Positions 1-11,254 of a stretch of DNA of 64,000 bases are shown here, piece after piece. The position numbers and the translations under genes were made by a program. Position 1 is the first letter of the stretch. Every line of letters begins with the position of its first letter. This DNA comes from Cetorhinus maximus (taxonomy: Eukaryota), in contig NC_135909.1 in the NCBI RefSeq assembly GCF_964194155.1, positions 12,090,001-12,154,000 on the forward strand, given 5' to 3'. The notes under the pieces were generated by a model, which saw nothing but the letters and a program-made list of their open reading frames with translations, was not told where the DNA came from and made no database searches.

Positions 1-262
1 CGGAGTGCAGTGAGTTCAGAGAGAGACAGATTAGAATGGGTGAGAGGAGCAGAGAAATTGAGACGGCTAATGTCACGCCGACAGTTCTCAATGAAAAGAT
101 CAAGAGAAGGTAAGAATCCAGAGGGAGGGGTCCAAGTGGAGGGAGAATATTGGAGGTGGGTAAAAGGATCCGTTGAACGGGGAGAGGACTCCTGCCCAAA
201 GAAGTGAGCACGGAGACGAAGACGGCGGAAGAAGAGTTCAGCATCATGCCGAGCCCGAAATT

Positions 263-1486
263 CATTTCTCCTTTAACTCCTCTCACTTCCTCCAAATAAA
301 AGGTGTGGCTATGGGTACCCGCATGGGCCCCAGCTATGCCTGTCTCTTTATGGGGTATGTGGAACATTCCTTGTTCCAGTCCTACTCCGTCCCCCTCCCA
401 CAACTCTTTCTCCGGTACATCGATGATTACTTCGGTGCTGCTTCATGCTCTCGTCGGGACCTGGAAAAATTTATTAATTTTGCTTCCAATCTCCACCCCT
501 CCATCATCTTCACATGGTCCATCTCTGACGCTTCTCTTCCCTTCCTTGACCTCTCTGTCTCAATTTCTGATGATAGACTGTCCACCAATATCCATTACAA
601 GCCTACCGACTCCCACAGCTACCTCGACTACAGCTCCTCACACCCCGCTTCCTGTAAAGACTCCATCCCATTCTCTCAGTTCCTTCGCCTCCGTCGCATC
701 TGTTCTGATGACGCTACCTTCAAAAACAGCTCCTCTGACATGTCCTCCTTCTTCCTTAACCGAGGTTTTCCATCCACGGTCGTTGACAGGGCCCTCAACC
801 GTGTCCGGCCCATACCCCGCGCATCCTCCCTCACGCCTTCTCCTCCTTCCCAGAAACATGATAGGGTCCCCCTTGTCCTCACTTATCACCCCACCAGCCT
901 CCGCATTCAAAGGATCATCCTCCGCCATTTCCGCCAACTCCAGCATGATGCCACCACCAGACACATCTTCCCTTCACCCCCCTTGACGGCATTCCGTAGG
1001 GATCGTTCCCTCCGGGACACCCTGGTCCACTCCTCCATCACCCCCTACTCCTCAACCCCCACTTATGGCACCTCCCCATGCCCACGCAGAAGATGCAACA
1101 CCTGCCCCTTCACTTCCTCTCTCCTCACCGTCCAAGGGCCCAAACACTCCTTTCAAGTGAAGCAGCATTTCACTTGCATTTCCCCTAACTTAGTCTACTG
1201 CATTCGTTGCTCCCAATGCGGTCTCCTCTACATTGGAGAGACCAAACGCAAACTGGGCGACCGTTTTGCGGAACACCTGCGGTCTGTCCGCAAGAAAGAC
1301 CCAAACCTCCCTGTCGCTTGCCATTTTAACACTCCACCCTGTTCTCTTGCCCACATGTCTGTCCTTGGCTTGCTGCATTGTTCCAGTGAAGCCCAACGCA
1401 AACTGGAGGAACAGCACCTCATCTTCCGACTAGGCACTTTACAGCCTTCTGGGCTGAATATTGAATTCAACAACTTTAGATCTTAA
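263..1486 (+). CDS. PLE reverse transcriptase (C-terminal half) plus GIY-YIG endonuclease, 5'-truncated, no internal stops
   Basis: Motifs QIKGVAMGTRMGPSYA, RYIDDYF, LPFLDL, YKPTDSHSYL, CPRRRCNTC, VYCIRCSQCGLLYIGET, RFAEH, GLN. The first 30 codons of track ORF 173..1486 come from the inverted segment. Confidence 0.93.
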   Translation, partial: HFSFNSSHFLQIKGVAMGTRMGPSYACLFMGYVEHSLFQSYSVPLPQLFLRYIDDYFGAASCSRRDLEKFINFASNLHPSIIFTWSISDASLPFLDLSVSISDDRLSTNIHYKPTDSHSYLDYSSSHPASCKDSIPFSQFLRLRRICSDDATFKNSSSDMSSFFLNRGFPSTVVDRALNRVRPIPRASSLTPSPPSQKHDRVPLVLTYHPTSLRIQRIILRHFRQLQHDATTRHIFPSPPLTAFRRDRSLRDTLVHSSITPYSSTPTYGTSPCPRRRCNTCPFTSSLLTVQGPKHSFQVKQHFTCISPNLVYCIRCSQCGLLYIGETKRKLGDRFAEHLRSVRKKDPNLPVACHFNTPPCSLAHMSVLGLLHCSSEAQRKLEEQHLIFRLGTLQPSGLNIEFNNFRS

Positions 1487-1832
1487 ACCCCCCTCCCCCC
1501 ATCCCCACCCCGTTTCTTTTCCCCCCCCACCCGCCTTTTTTTTCAATAATTTATATAGATTCTTCTTTCCCCACCTATTTCCATTATTTTTAAATCTAAA
1601 ACTAAAACCTTTAGTCTTTCCACCCCACCCCCACTAGAGCTGTACTTTGAATATCCTGTCTTGCATTCTTAATTAGCACTTTTCTCAGACAAAGACCACC
1701 ACCTTCAACACCTCTTTGACCCTTTTGTCTCTGACATCTTTTGATTATCTGCTCACACCACACCCTCAATGTGTCTCTTCCCCCCCACCCACCTTAAACC
1801 AATTTATATTTCTCCCTTGTTGAAACTATGCT

Positions 1833-1876
1833 TCAGTTCTGCTGAAGGGCCATGAGGGCTCGAAACGTTGACTGAT
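1833..1876 (+). ncRNA. Minimal type I hammerhead ribozyme motif (PLE-associated), variant core CUGCUGA
   Basis: tcagtt-CTGCTGA-a-gggcc(atgag)ggctc-GAAA-cg-TT|gactga. Helices I and II pair; helix III is the short ACGU palindrome. Confidence 0.8.
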
Positions 1877-2099
1877 TTCTTCTCCGCCGATGCTGCCAGA
1901 CTTGCTGAGTTTTTCCAGGTAATTCTGTTTTTATTTTGTTTTGGATTTCCAGCATCCGCAGTAGCTTTTAGCTTTTTGTTATTATCAGATGCATTCCATT
2001 TGGTCCCACTGACTTATCAACATTAAGCACAGCCAGACCTTCTAGTACCTCTTCTTTAACATGGGTTACATGTAAAATAAGTAATTTGCAAATTGTCGA

Positions 2100-2700
2100 T
2101 GGAGGAAGTGAGCACTTTTATTGCAGAGGGTTTAAAGGAGAGGAGCAAAGCAATTGTGCTGAGGAAGTATGATTGTGCAAATAAAAATAACAATAAGTGG
2201 AATGAAGAGGGCGGGCTGTTCATGGGCTGATTGGAGAATTTCATTAGGGCTTATTCTTTGGAGATTATAAGGCCATTTTTCCACATCCTTATGGAGACTA
2301 ATGTTGAAGGAAGCCTGTCTTCATCTATAAGGAATCATTGGCTTAGTTTATAAAAATAACGCAGACAGATGGGATTCAAAGAATTGGAGGGGTATCACGT
2401 TGTAATGTGGAATATAAGATCTTGGTGAGGGCTCGGGAAAACCTTTAGGAAGAACACAAAGACTCTGGAGACCGTGCAGTGGATATTTACTGGAATGGGA
2501 TTAGTGGTGAATGATTAGGTATGTGGGTGGACTGAAAAATAAAAACTGGAGATGCTCTTATCAGAGGGAATGTTAAGGGGAGTTTTAGTACAGGTATTTA
2601 AGATCAGTCCAAGTACTTAGGATCAGCCCCGGTCTTTGTTTCTTATACTCATTGAACAATATTTTTTCCCATTGATGGAACGTTTGAAAACAAATGAATA
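2100..2700 (+). mobile_element. Highly degenerate CR1 LINE ORF2 3' fragments
   Basis: TFIAEGLKERSKAIVLRKY and KILVR resemble the CR1 AFIARGLEYKSKEVMLQLYKTLVRP motif. Confidence 0.5.
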
Positions 2701-2893
2701 GATAAAAAAAAATAATTCATCACCAAATGTCACTGTTCCATTCCAAACAGTTCCTGACTCGACGTGATAGATTTTTAGTTTTGTTTACAGTAACCGCATT
2801 TCCAACATTGCACACCTGGCTGCAATTTCAGAAGCTTCTTGCCAACACTTCACGGCTGGAAAAAAGGATACGAGACCATGACTTAAAGCTAGG

Positions 2894-2975
2894 ATCGGCT
2901 CTGAGGGGATGTTAAGATGAGGGATTGTGAAACCATTGTGCTTTTCACACGTCGGTTCGAATCAAGTTATTGGAT
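2894..2975 (+). pseudogene. tRNA-Ser(GCT)-derived pseudogene
   Basis: 2911-2963 gttaagatgagggattgtgaaaccattgtgcttttcacacgtcggttcgaatc aligns without gaps to vertebrate tRNA-Ser(GCT) GTTAAGGCGATGGACTGCTAATCCATTGTGCTCTGCACGCGTGGGTTCGAATC. Anticodon and acceptor arms are decayed; the B box is intact. Confidence 0.65.
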
Positions 2976-3029
2976 ATTTTTAGTTAATTGCTTCTTCCTG
3001 TTTGGGTAGGTTTTGCATAAAAAAGGCCT

Positions 3030-3850
3030 GGAATCGGATGCTTGTCAATGTCTCACTGGAGATGACAAGTGGCAAGTAACATTCACGCCACACAAGTGTC
3101 AGGCAATAATCATCTCCAAAAAGTGGGAATCCAAACATTGTCTTGATGTTCAATGGCATTACCATAACTGAATCCCCCACTATCAACATCCTGGTGGTTA
3201 CCATTGACCAGAAACTGAACTGGAATAGCCATAATGGCTATAATACAAGGTCAGAGGCTAGGAATCGTGAGGGGAGTAACTCACCTCCTGACTCCACAAA
3301 CCCTGTCCACCATTTACAAGGCACAAATCAGGAATGTGATGGAACACTTACCACTTGCCTGGATAAGTGCAGCTCCCACAACACTCAAGAAGCTGGACAC
3401 TGTCCAAGACAAAGCAGCTCGCATGATAGAGACCAATTCCACAAACATTCACTCCCTCCGCCGCCAACGCACAGTAGCAGCAGCGTATACCATCTACAAG
3501 GTGCACTGCAGAAACTCACCAAGGCTCCTTCGGCAGCACCTTCCAAACCCTCAACCACTACCATGTAGAAGGGCAAGGTCAGCAGATAGATGGGAACACC
3601 GTCACCTGCAAATTCACCTCCAAGCCACACACCACCTTGACTTGGAATTATACCTCCGTTCCTTCATTGTCGATGGTAAAAACCCTGGGACCCCCTTCCT
3701 GCTAGTACTGTGGGCGTACCTACACCACAAGGACTGCAGCGGTTCAAGAAGCCAGGTCACCACCACATTCTGAAGGACAGTTAGGGATGGGCAATAAATG
3801 CTGTCCAAACCAGCGAAGCTCACATCCCTGGAATGAATTTTTTTTTAATT
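3030..3850 (+). mobile_element. 5'-truncated LINE (L2/CR1 group), ORF2 C-terminus and 3' tail
   Basis: VTIDQKLNW..., GQRLGIVRGVTHLL...IYKAQIRNVMEH...LDTVQDKAAR; tail gggatgggcaataaatgctg...cacatccc. Confidence 0.85.
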
Positions 3851-4959
3851 GGAAATTTTCAGACTTAATCAAAATTGATACTGAGCTATTACAGTCCTTT
3901 CCCCAGATTTTATTGGATTGATGAAGAAATAGGATTCAGGAAAGGGAGCAGGACTTTTCCTTCCCTTTCACTCTCCGGATTTACAGTGGCTGAAAGAGCA
4001 ACCGGAAAAGTTAAAGGTGATGGAGCAGGAAAAAAATAACATTGACCTTGCGGAAAACATTTAGTTTGACATTTTCTTGATAAGTTCAGTGAGTGAGCAA
4101 GTTTTAGTAAATGACGTTTAAAATGAAGGGCCATCTAATTAAACCTATGAAAGATAGAAAAGGTTGTTTATTTTTGTGGTGAGATGCTTGAAACTGTGGA
4201 GGAGCCGAGAGAGATGTACAGACATCATTAAAAGCCAGTGGACAGGAAGGTAAAAATTATGCCTAAGGCTAATAGAATACGAAGTACTGGGTTTATTAAT
4301 CCTGTGATGAACAAACCTGCTCCGTGTTACAAGCATTTTCTGTGATTTAAAAAAAAAATCAGGTGACAATTCTTCATTGAAATACAGGAAATGCTGTTCA
4401 AACTGTACTTTCATGAGCTGTGAAACAAGAAAATCCCAATTTCCGCACATTTTGAAGCCAAGCGGGAGGAGATACCTGTTTCTCAATGATCTGATATTGG
4501 AGTTGATGAAGAAGGTTTTCTGAAGATCAATATGTTCCTTTTTGAAGCCCGGGAGGGGTTTGGTTTTCTATATTAAACTTTGGCCCTTGAGTAAGTTCTT
4601 TGTGTGCAGCTGTTTCTGGTGGTGTTACTGAGTCAGGAATGTTGGTCAGGGTAGCAGGAGAATTCACTGAGCTTCTTCAATAGCGCTAGGCAATTTTTCA
4701 TCACTTCAAAAACCTGCCACCAGTTATTGGTCAGGATTACACAGAAGTGGTACACCGAGGATATTTACTTACAGAAATCAATACTTTACAAAGAAATAAT
4801 TACTTCTTGTCATGAAAGTATTATAGTTTTCATAATATTTTTCTGGCTTATTGTGAAGTAATTTTATGGGGTAAGTATAGTTGGGTCTTTCTGTGTGTAA
4901 TGTAGTTACATTTGGAGTCAAGTAGACTGATAGTTTAAACTCATCCAAAGAAGTTAGGT

Positions 4960-5356
4960 TGAATATCTTGTCTTCCATTCTTAATTCCCACTAGAGCTGT
5001 ACTTTGAATATCCTGTCTTCCATTCTTAATTAGCACTTTTCTCAGACAAAACACCTCTTTGACCCTTTTGTCTGTGACATCTTTTGATTATCTGCTCATC
5101 TCCACAATCACCACACCCTCGATGTCTCTCTCTCTCCCCCACCCCCCACCACCCCCCCCCCAACCCACCTTAAACCAATTTATATTTCTCCCTTCTTCTA
5201 ACTATGCTTCAGTTCTGCCGAAGGGCCATGAAGGCTCGAAATGTTAACTGATTTCTTCTCCGCCGATGCTGCCAGACCTGCTGAGTTTTTCCAGGTAATT
5301 CTGTTTTTGTTTTGGATTTCCAGCATCCGCAGTAGCTTTTAGCTTTTTGTTTTTAT
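4960..5356 (+). mobile_element. Solo PLE 3' terminal region with hammerhead (5209-5251) and 13-bp TSD
   Basis: Near copy of 1630-1985. Flanked by aaagaagttaggt at 4947-4959 and 5357-5369. Confidence 0.9.
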
Positions 5357-6284
5357 AAAGAAGTTAGGTGCTTGACATGCGAATGAGTAAACATGGAAGC
5401 TGGGTTAGCATGTAAGGTGTGAAGGGAATTTGCATTTTTGGATAAAGGAAGGGATATTTGCATTTCAAAGGGATCTCAGTCAGTTTACAACTAGCCAGAT
5501 AAGCAAGGCTAAGGAATATGTTTATTTTTCCCAAAGGTTACTGGAAATAGTGGCGACATGGAAGTTTTTTCTATATTGTGAACAAGATACAATTTCAACG
5601 ACATATGGGACTTTAGAATTTACATATTAAAAAGAGAGAAACATACATAAAGGAGAATGAAAGGTTATGTTGGAAAAGGCCATTTAAAACCTAACAGGAG
5701 TGTGTGAAATGGCCTCAATGAAGCCTCCGGCATTTTTACGTAAGTCTGCTGTCGAACTAAATGGGAGTTGGAGAAAAGCCAAAAGGCATTCCACTGTCCA
5801 GGGTATTGTGTTAACTTGCTGAGTCTGCTTTAATTCTAAAATCTATTTCAGACCTTCAAAGGAGTGTAACTAGGGGGTCAGGTTAATTAGTAACTTGAGG
5901 AGTTATTATGGTACTATTTGTAGTCTTATGTATGTGCTTGACATCTTTTACTTTTAATAAACATATTAATTTCATTTTTAAAATTTCTAAATGTCCTGTC
6001 AGACCTATTGCTCCTGAATTCAGTGCATGCATCTCGTAATGAATACAAATTTCAAAACCTTTGAGATAACATGACCAAGCATCCCTCGTGGATTTGGTCC
6101 ACCTGGTACACATCATCTGCCACGTCATTACAGTCCCTCACACACTCCGGTCAATTAACACCTGAACTCTTTATTGCTGATGGATTTCTTGTCATTTTGA
6201 ATCCCACCTGAGTTGAGTTTTAAGTCAGATTTCATGTTTTCTGGAAAATAAAACTGATTCAGGGAAAAGGAACAGGCACTTTCT

Positions 6285-6525
6285 GTCAGAAAGGGGCAGT
6301 TAATTTCTGCACAGGAAACACCCACAAACAACAATGTGAACATGCTTTGGGCTGATGATTGAGTGCTCGGGGGCATAACTCCACTGCTCGTGTGTCTTCG
6401 GCACAGCGCCATGGGGTCACTTATGATAAAAAAAGAGGTTGGGCAGGACCTTGGTTTATCATCATTATTTGAGGACAGCACCTACAATAGTGCAGCCCTC
6501 CCTCAGTACTGTACTGGAGTGTCAA
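6285..6525 (-). mobile_element. DeuSINE-family (SacSINE1/AmnSINE1-like) fragment
   Basis: Minus strand reads tgacactccagtacagtactgagggagggctgcactattgtaggtgctgtc..., the Deu-domain core. Confidence 0.75.
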
Positions 6526-7559
6526 ACTTCCTTGTTACACACAAATTCTGGCACGGGTTTTGGGGCCATACACTTATCTTTCAAAGGCAAATGCGACCAA
6601 ATCAGCCCCACTTAAAGTTTTTAACAAATCGCCCAATCCACAGCTACAGGACTGGGGCAATTCTGAGGTTATCTCCTGGCAGGTCACGTGACATATGAGG
6701 CCATAATGCATCACCACCAGGTTTGTGACTTGATTGAAACCCAAAATATTATCACAATAACGTGTCAAATAAATCTGTCATCTGCTTGACAACACAGCAG
6801 TAACACCTTCTGCATGACCATGAGGAGAGCTAGGGAGACATGCACAAAACTAAATCCTTTAATAAAACAGTTCAAAAAACCATTTAGACTGAAATCCTGT
6901 GAGGAAAAGTGAAGTTATTTTTGAGAACTCCGCTCAGAGAGCTTCATTGGACAGGAGAGAAATCAGGCGAAGAATCCGAGGAAATCGACACCAGCGAACA
7001 AGTTGACATCAAAACTGGATCAACTCCCATGAAGATGAATGAGTAAAAGCTGAGACTTCAGTGCAGCATCAGTTGACCAAGTAGAGCTGTTGCCTGGATA
7101 AAGTATTCTGACAGGGTTTATTGAACTGAGTGGAATAGACAGATCTTTGCAGATCAACTCAATTATCTCTAGGTTTTTACTTGAAAACTTCCAGTTTGTT
7201 GAAAGATGGAATCCATATAAATTATAATTACAGTACAAATGAGTTGATAATTCAAACACAAAGGTTACTTTCAGGTAAGTTAAGTGGCACAAATAAATTA
7301 CATCCAAGAACTCGATTGACCTGCGAGCTCAAACACAGAAAAAGTAAATTGCAGAGTGAAGATTTTATAATGTGGATTTGTTGAAAGTGGGAATTAGGTG
7401 CAGAGGGGGAATGAGCTGCTGTGTAAATTAAACCGAGAGACAACAGCAAAGATACAAGCCGGAAGGAGGGGAACATTCTAAATAACGAAAACTTTAATTA
7501 AACAGGCAGCTCATTTCAGTGTAATTTTGGGAAAGCTGAGAGCTGTTGCCTACACATCC

Positions 7560-7790
7560 TGTGCTTTGTGGAAAATCCGAAAACAGGCTAATGATAAATG
7601 TCAGATTCATAATAAATTAAAGAACCAAGCAGAATACAGAAAGTACAGAGGAGAGCTCAAAAAGGAAACTCTAACAGCAGAGGGAGTGTACGAAAAAAGA
7701 TTAGCAGGTGACACTGAAGACTATTACCAAGAAATGGGCAGTCAATGAAAGGGAGGCTGTGGGGGCAGAGAAGATGGCTGAAGCTCTAAG
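7560..7790 (+). mobile_element. CR1 ORF2 linker fragment
   Basis: NQAEYRKYRGELKKE...YEKRLAG resembles the CR1 EN-RT linker. Confidence 0.6.
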
Positions 7791-8004
7791 TGGCAGGAGA
7801 GATTAAATGATGAAAGAATTGGTGCTGCAAGGCAAAAGGGAGAGGTAAAGGAACATGTAACAAAAGCAGAGATGTGTCGAAAAGTGGTGCAAATGGAAAA
7901 ATGAGGAGCAGATGCCATCTGAAAGCAAAAAAAAACGACAGAAAAGTGATTTTAAACCAAATGTGAAAAAATAATCAAAATAGGGACAGAGGTTACAGTA
8001 CAAA

Positions 8005-8300
8005 GAACGTTAGAGATTGGAGCAGCAGTAGGCCATTCAGCCCTTCGAGCCTATTCTGCCATTAAACACGATCATGGCTGATCTGATTGTGGCCTCAACT
8101 CCATTTTCCTGTCTGTCTCCCACAACCCTTGACTCCCTCGTAGAATCTAACTCAGCCTTGAATATATTTAATGATTCAGCCTCCACCGCTCTCTCGGGAA
8201 GATAATTCAATGACTAACGATCCTTTGAAAATAAATTACTCCTCATCTCCATCGTAAATAGGGGACCCATTATTTTATAAACTATGCGCCCTAGTTCACA
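8005..8300 (-). mobile_element. CR1 LINE 3' end
   Basis: ggagcagcagtaggccattcagcccttcgagcc...atcatggctgatctg is the reverse complement of the CR1 tail seen at 16380-16470. Confidence 0.8.
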
Positions 8301-8309
8301 CTGCAATTG

Positions 8310-10560
8310 TAATTCTTAGCACAATTGGGATTGTTTATTAAGTGTTGTCCAATTGTGGAATGAGAGTGTGGAGTAATGAACTGCCTGGTGGAGTATATAG
8401 TAGGGTTTGCCCTCATGGTTCACTGTGTCCACGTATACATGGGCTACCAAAGACTCAGAAAAGAGATGTCCCTTTACATCCTATCTCATCTCTGACTGAT
8501 TCTTCACAAAATGAATTGGCCAAATGGTTGAGTGAGTTGCTACAAACAGTTCTGAGCGAGTTTTCCCCATACATGGAGCAGGGTTCCTTCTCCTTTGTGA
8601 AGCCCATACAGGACTTGCATATCAATAGCAATGGTGTGTGCATGTGCGTGTTGCTTGTTTGACATTGCTAGCCTCTTGATTAAGGTGCCGTTCAAGGAAG
8701 CCATTCACATTTGAACCACGTCATTAATTCATGATGATCTAGTCTCACTGCCATTGTCTGAATTTGTATTCATTGAACATATGAACTCAACAACTCATGC
8801 AGTTGATTTCAGTTTTAATGACACCGTGTATGCCCAAAGAAATGATGTTGCCATGGGATACCGTCTAGGCCCAGCTCTTGTAAATATCTTTGCCCATTTC
8901 CACGGGAAACGTGTCTCCAATGAAATGACCCCTAACATCCTATCCCTTTCATGTCTCTGATACATTAGTTACACATTTTCTATATCTGCATCTGCAGCTA
9001 CATGTAAAAAAAAATCCTGTGATACCTTAATGGGCTCTAACTTGCTCTCTTCTCATTGAAATTGACCAGTCAAATGAGCCCCCTTTCCTCAATGTACTAC
9101 TTGAGAAATCTGCCAATGCGTTCTCTACTACTGTCTACTGCTAGCCCACCGCCACTGTTGGGATTCCTACAGTTCCATGCGGTATAAGGTAGGTCTTATC
9201 GCCAAACTGATAGGTAGGGACCAGGCCATTTGCTAATCATGCAACATGATGCCAAATTCAGGCACTTCAAAGCTATCCTGCCGGATAATGGCTCACTCGA
9301 TCAAATAATTGCTCACTGTATATAACACAAACTCAACAATGGGCCTAAGCCCGCCACTTTATTTTCTGAATAGTGTCCAGTCTACCTCAGATAACACTGG
9401 AATGGTTACGGTATCTCAAAAACGTGAACAACTAATAAAACTACCCGTTTCACAATGCTACTATGCAGTAGCAACACGAGTGGCATTCTCCACTAACAGG
9501 ATGCTGCTGTCAAGACTAAAACAATGTTCTGCCAACAAGACAAATAACTAATGTTGTATATGAATTTCAGTGTCAGTGTGATGTGAGGTCTGTGGCCATA
9601 TGACCCAATGACTGTTGGATCATATCAAACAGCTTAGGCCTTCAGCTGTTCACAACAGGCAAAGTACTGAGCATACTCACCAAGATCCTGCTTGAAAAGC
9701 TCAGAACATAGTATCCAACATTGGGTGTGATTTCACAGAAGGACAATACTTACTGACCAATCCTGATTGTGCTAAGAATTACACGAACATCGGTTACGAT
9801 CCCGGCTGATGGTAAAACTGGATAAGTTCCCAGAGTGAAACCTGGCTTGATAGAACCCAACATGTGTAGGATGTGAGAAAAGAGAAGAAATTCACAGGTG
9901 TTTGCTCATGAACTTTGAACACAAAGAGTAAAATATTGATCAAAACAAGAAAAACAAACTACATTAACCAGACAAAACAGTCAGAAAGATCTCAATACAA
10001 ACAAAAGAAGGTGATTCAATTTCCCAACATTCCTTTGCCCAGCAATATCTTTACAGATGGATAAACCAGTGAAGAGTTACCACGGGTTTGTCACAAAGGC
10101 TACTTTCTTGGGACTGGCACACGTGCAAACTGTTTTCTTCTGGTGAATTCTTGAGCATTTACTTGATCCTTCTCAACCAAGACTTATCTCACCCAAAATA
10201 ACTGCACTTGATACTCACTGTTTCAGTAGCAACACCACCAAACTGATCACGACAATGAATCCAATAACTGACTCTGCAGTTAACTATTGTCCCAGTAGCC
10301 TAAGAAAAACTTGGTGGACAATCATTCCCTGATTCCTTCCCAGGGAAATGCCTGGAGCAATCAGAGTCGACTTGGCTGTTTGAAATAAGACAAAAGCTTG
10401 GCAGTTAACTCTTCCCTGTTGCATTCCCATGCCAATGCCTCTACCAATCAGCAAATATTTGTCAACGAATCAGCACCCCCTTCTCATGCAGTATAAATTT
10501 TTGTTCCCTTTGAGATTTGGTATACTTGTATCTGTTCTGAAAGTTAATGTCTTTTCAATG
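8310..10560 (+). mobile_element. Degenerate Penelope-like element of a second (Poseidon/Penelope-type) clade, interrupted at about 9790-10400
   Basis: PRIHGLPKTQKRDVPLHPISS...LAKWL; FSFNDTVYAQRNDVAMG..LGPALVNIF; NVVYEFQCQC near 9550; probable terminal region with ccaatcag and tataaa at 10440-10500. Confidence 0.75.
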
Positions 10561-10884
10561 AGTTATTTAAGGTTTGTTAACATAATATGAATTACATTAC
10601 TTAGCTTAGGAAAAGACGGTATTATTTGTTGTTGAGCACATATACATAGAGGTTAGCTGGGAAATACGGTTGTGAAGCAGCAGAGCTGTGAGACTAAACA
10701 AGTAAATAAAATCTCTTGATAAATACAAACTCTGTGTCTTGGCTCAGCTTCACCAACTGGTTTGGATCCCATTAACACTGAAGAGGGAAAGACAAAAATT
10801 TTCAACATCATGTCCCTTTTTTCAGGAACACTCACGTTCTGCATTCCTAAGCAACAATTTCTACATAAATCTGTCACATTTCTA

Positions 10885-11010
10885 ACCGTTCCCAGTTCCA
10901 ATAAAATGTCATGACCTGAAGCCACAGGTGCTTCCAGATCTGCTGTGCATTTCCAGCATTTCCTGTGTTTATTTCAGATTCCCAGCATCCAGAATATTTT
11001 GCTTCTATAT
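10885..11010 (+). mobile_element. Decayed PLE 3' module
   Basis: ccacaggtgcttccagatctgctgtgcatttccagcatttcctgtgtttatttcagattcccagcatcc matches the module downstream of the hammerheads. Confidence 0.65.
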
Positions 11011-11254
11011 TTCCATTTTTTTATCGGTTGTTACTGTGGGATAAATTTTATATCTGCCTGGCCCTTGCACTGTGTCTGTGTCGGATATGAGGTGTACATG
11101 TCGGTCTCTAACATACATGTGTGCCTATGGAAAAGGACTGCCTGTGCAGACAGTTTCTACCCTGATCCTTACAACTCCTCTCACACCAAGTGAGATCAGA
11201 CAGATACAGGCTCCCTTGCACAGATACAGAAAGATGTCACACAGACACTAGCAT

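Larger units (their letters stand above)
1..1985 (+). mobile_element. Penelope-like retroelement (Neptune-type), young copy with inverted 5' segment and 3' terminal repeat region
   Basis: RT plus GIY-YIG ORF 263-1486, followed by a 3' region with a hammerhead. Bases 1-266 read on the minus strand as the PLE N-terminal region (FFRRLRLRAHFF...TWTPPSG...SNLSLSELTALR). Confidence 0.93.

Noticed and set aside
173-262. N-terminal 30 aa of track ORF 173..1486
   Set aside because: Antisense reading of the inverted PLE segment; not a real N-terminus.
5410-6132. Possible solo LTR (tgtaa...ttaca, AATAAA ~5955)
   Set aside because: No TSD or second copy seen, so not supportable by eye.
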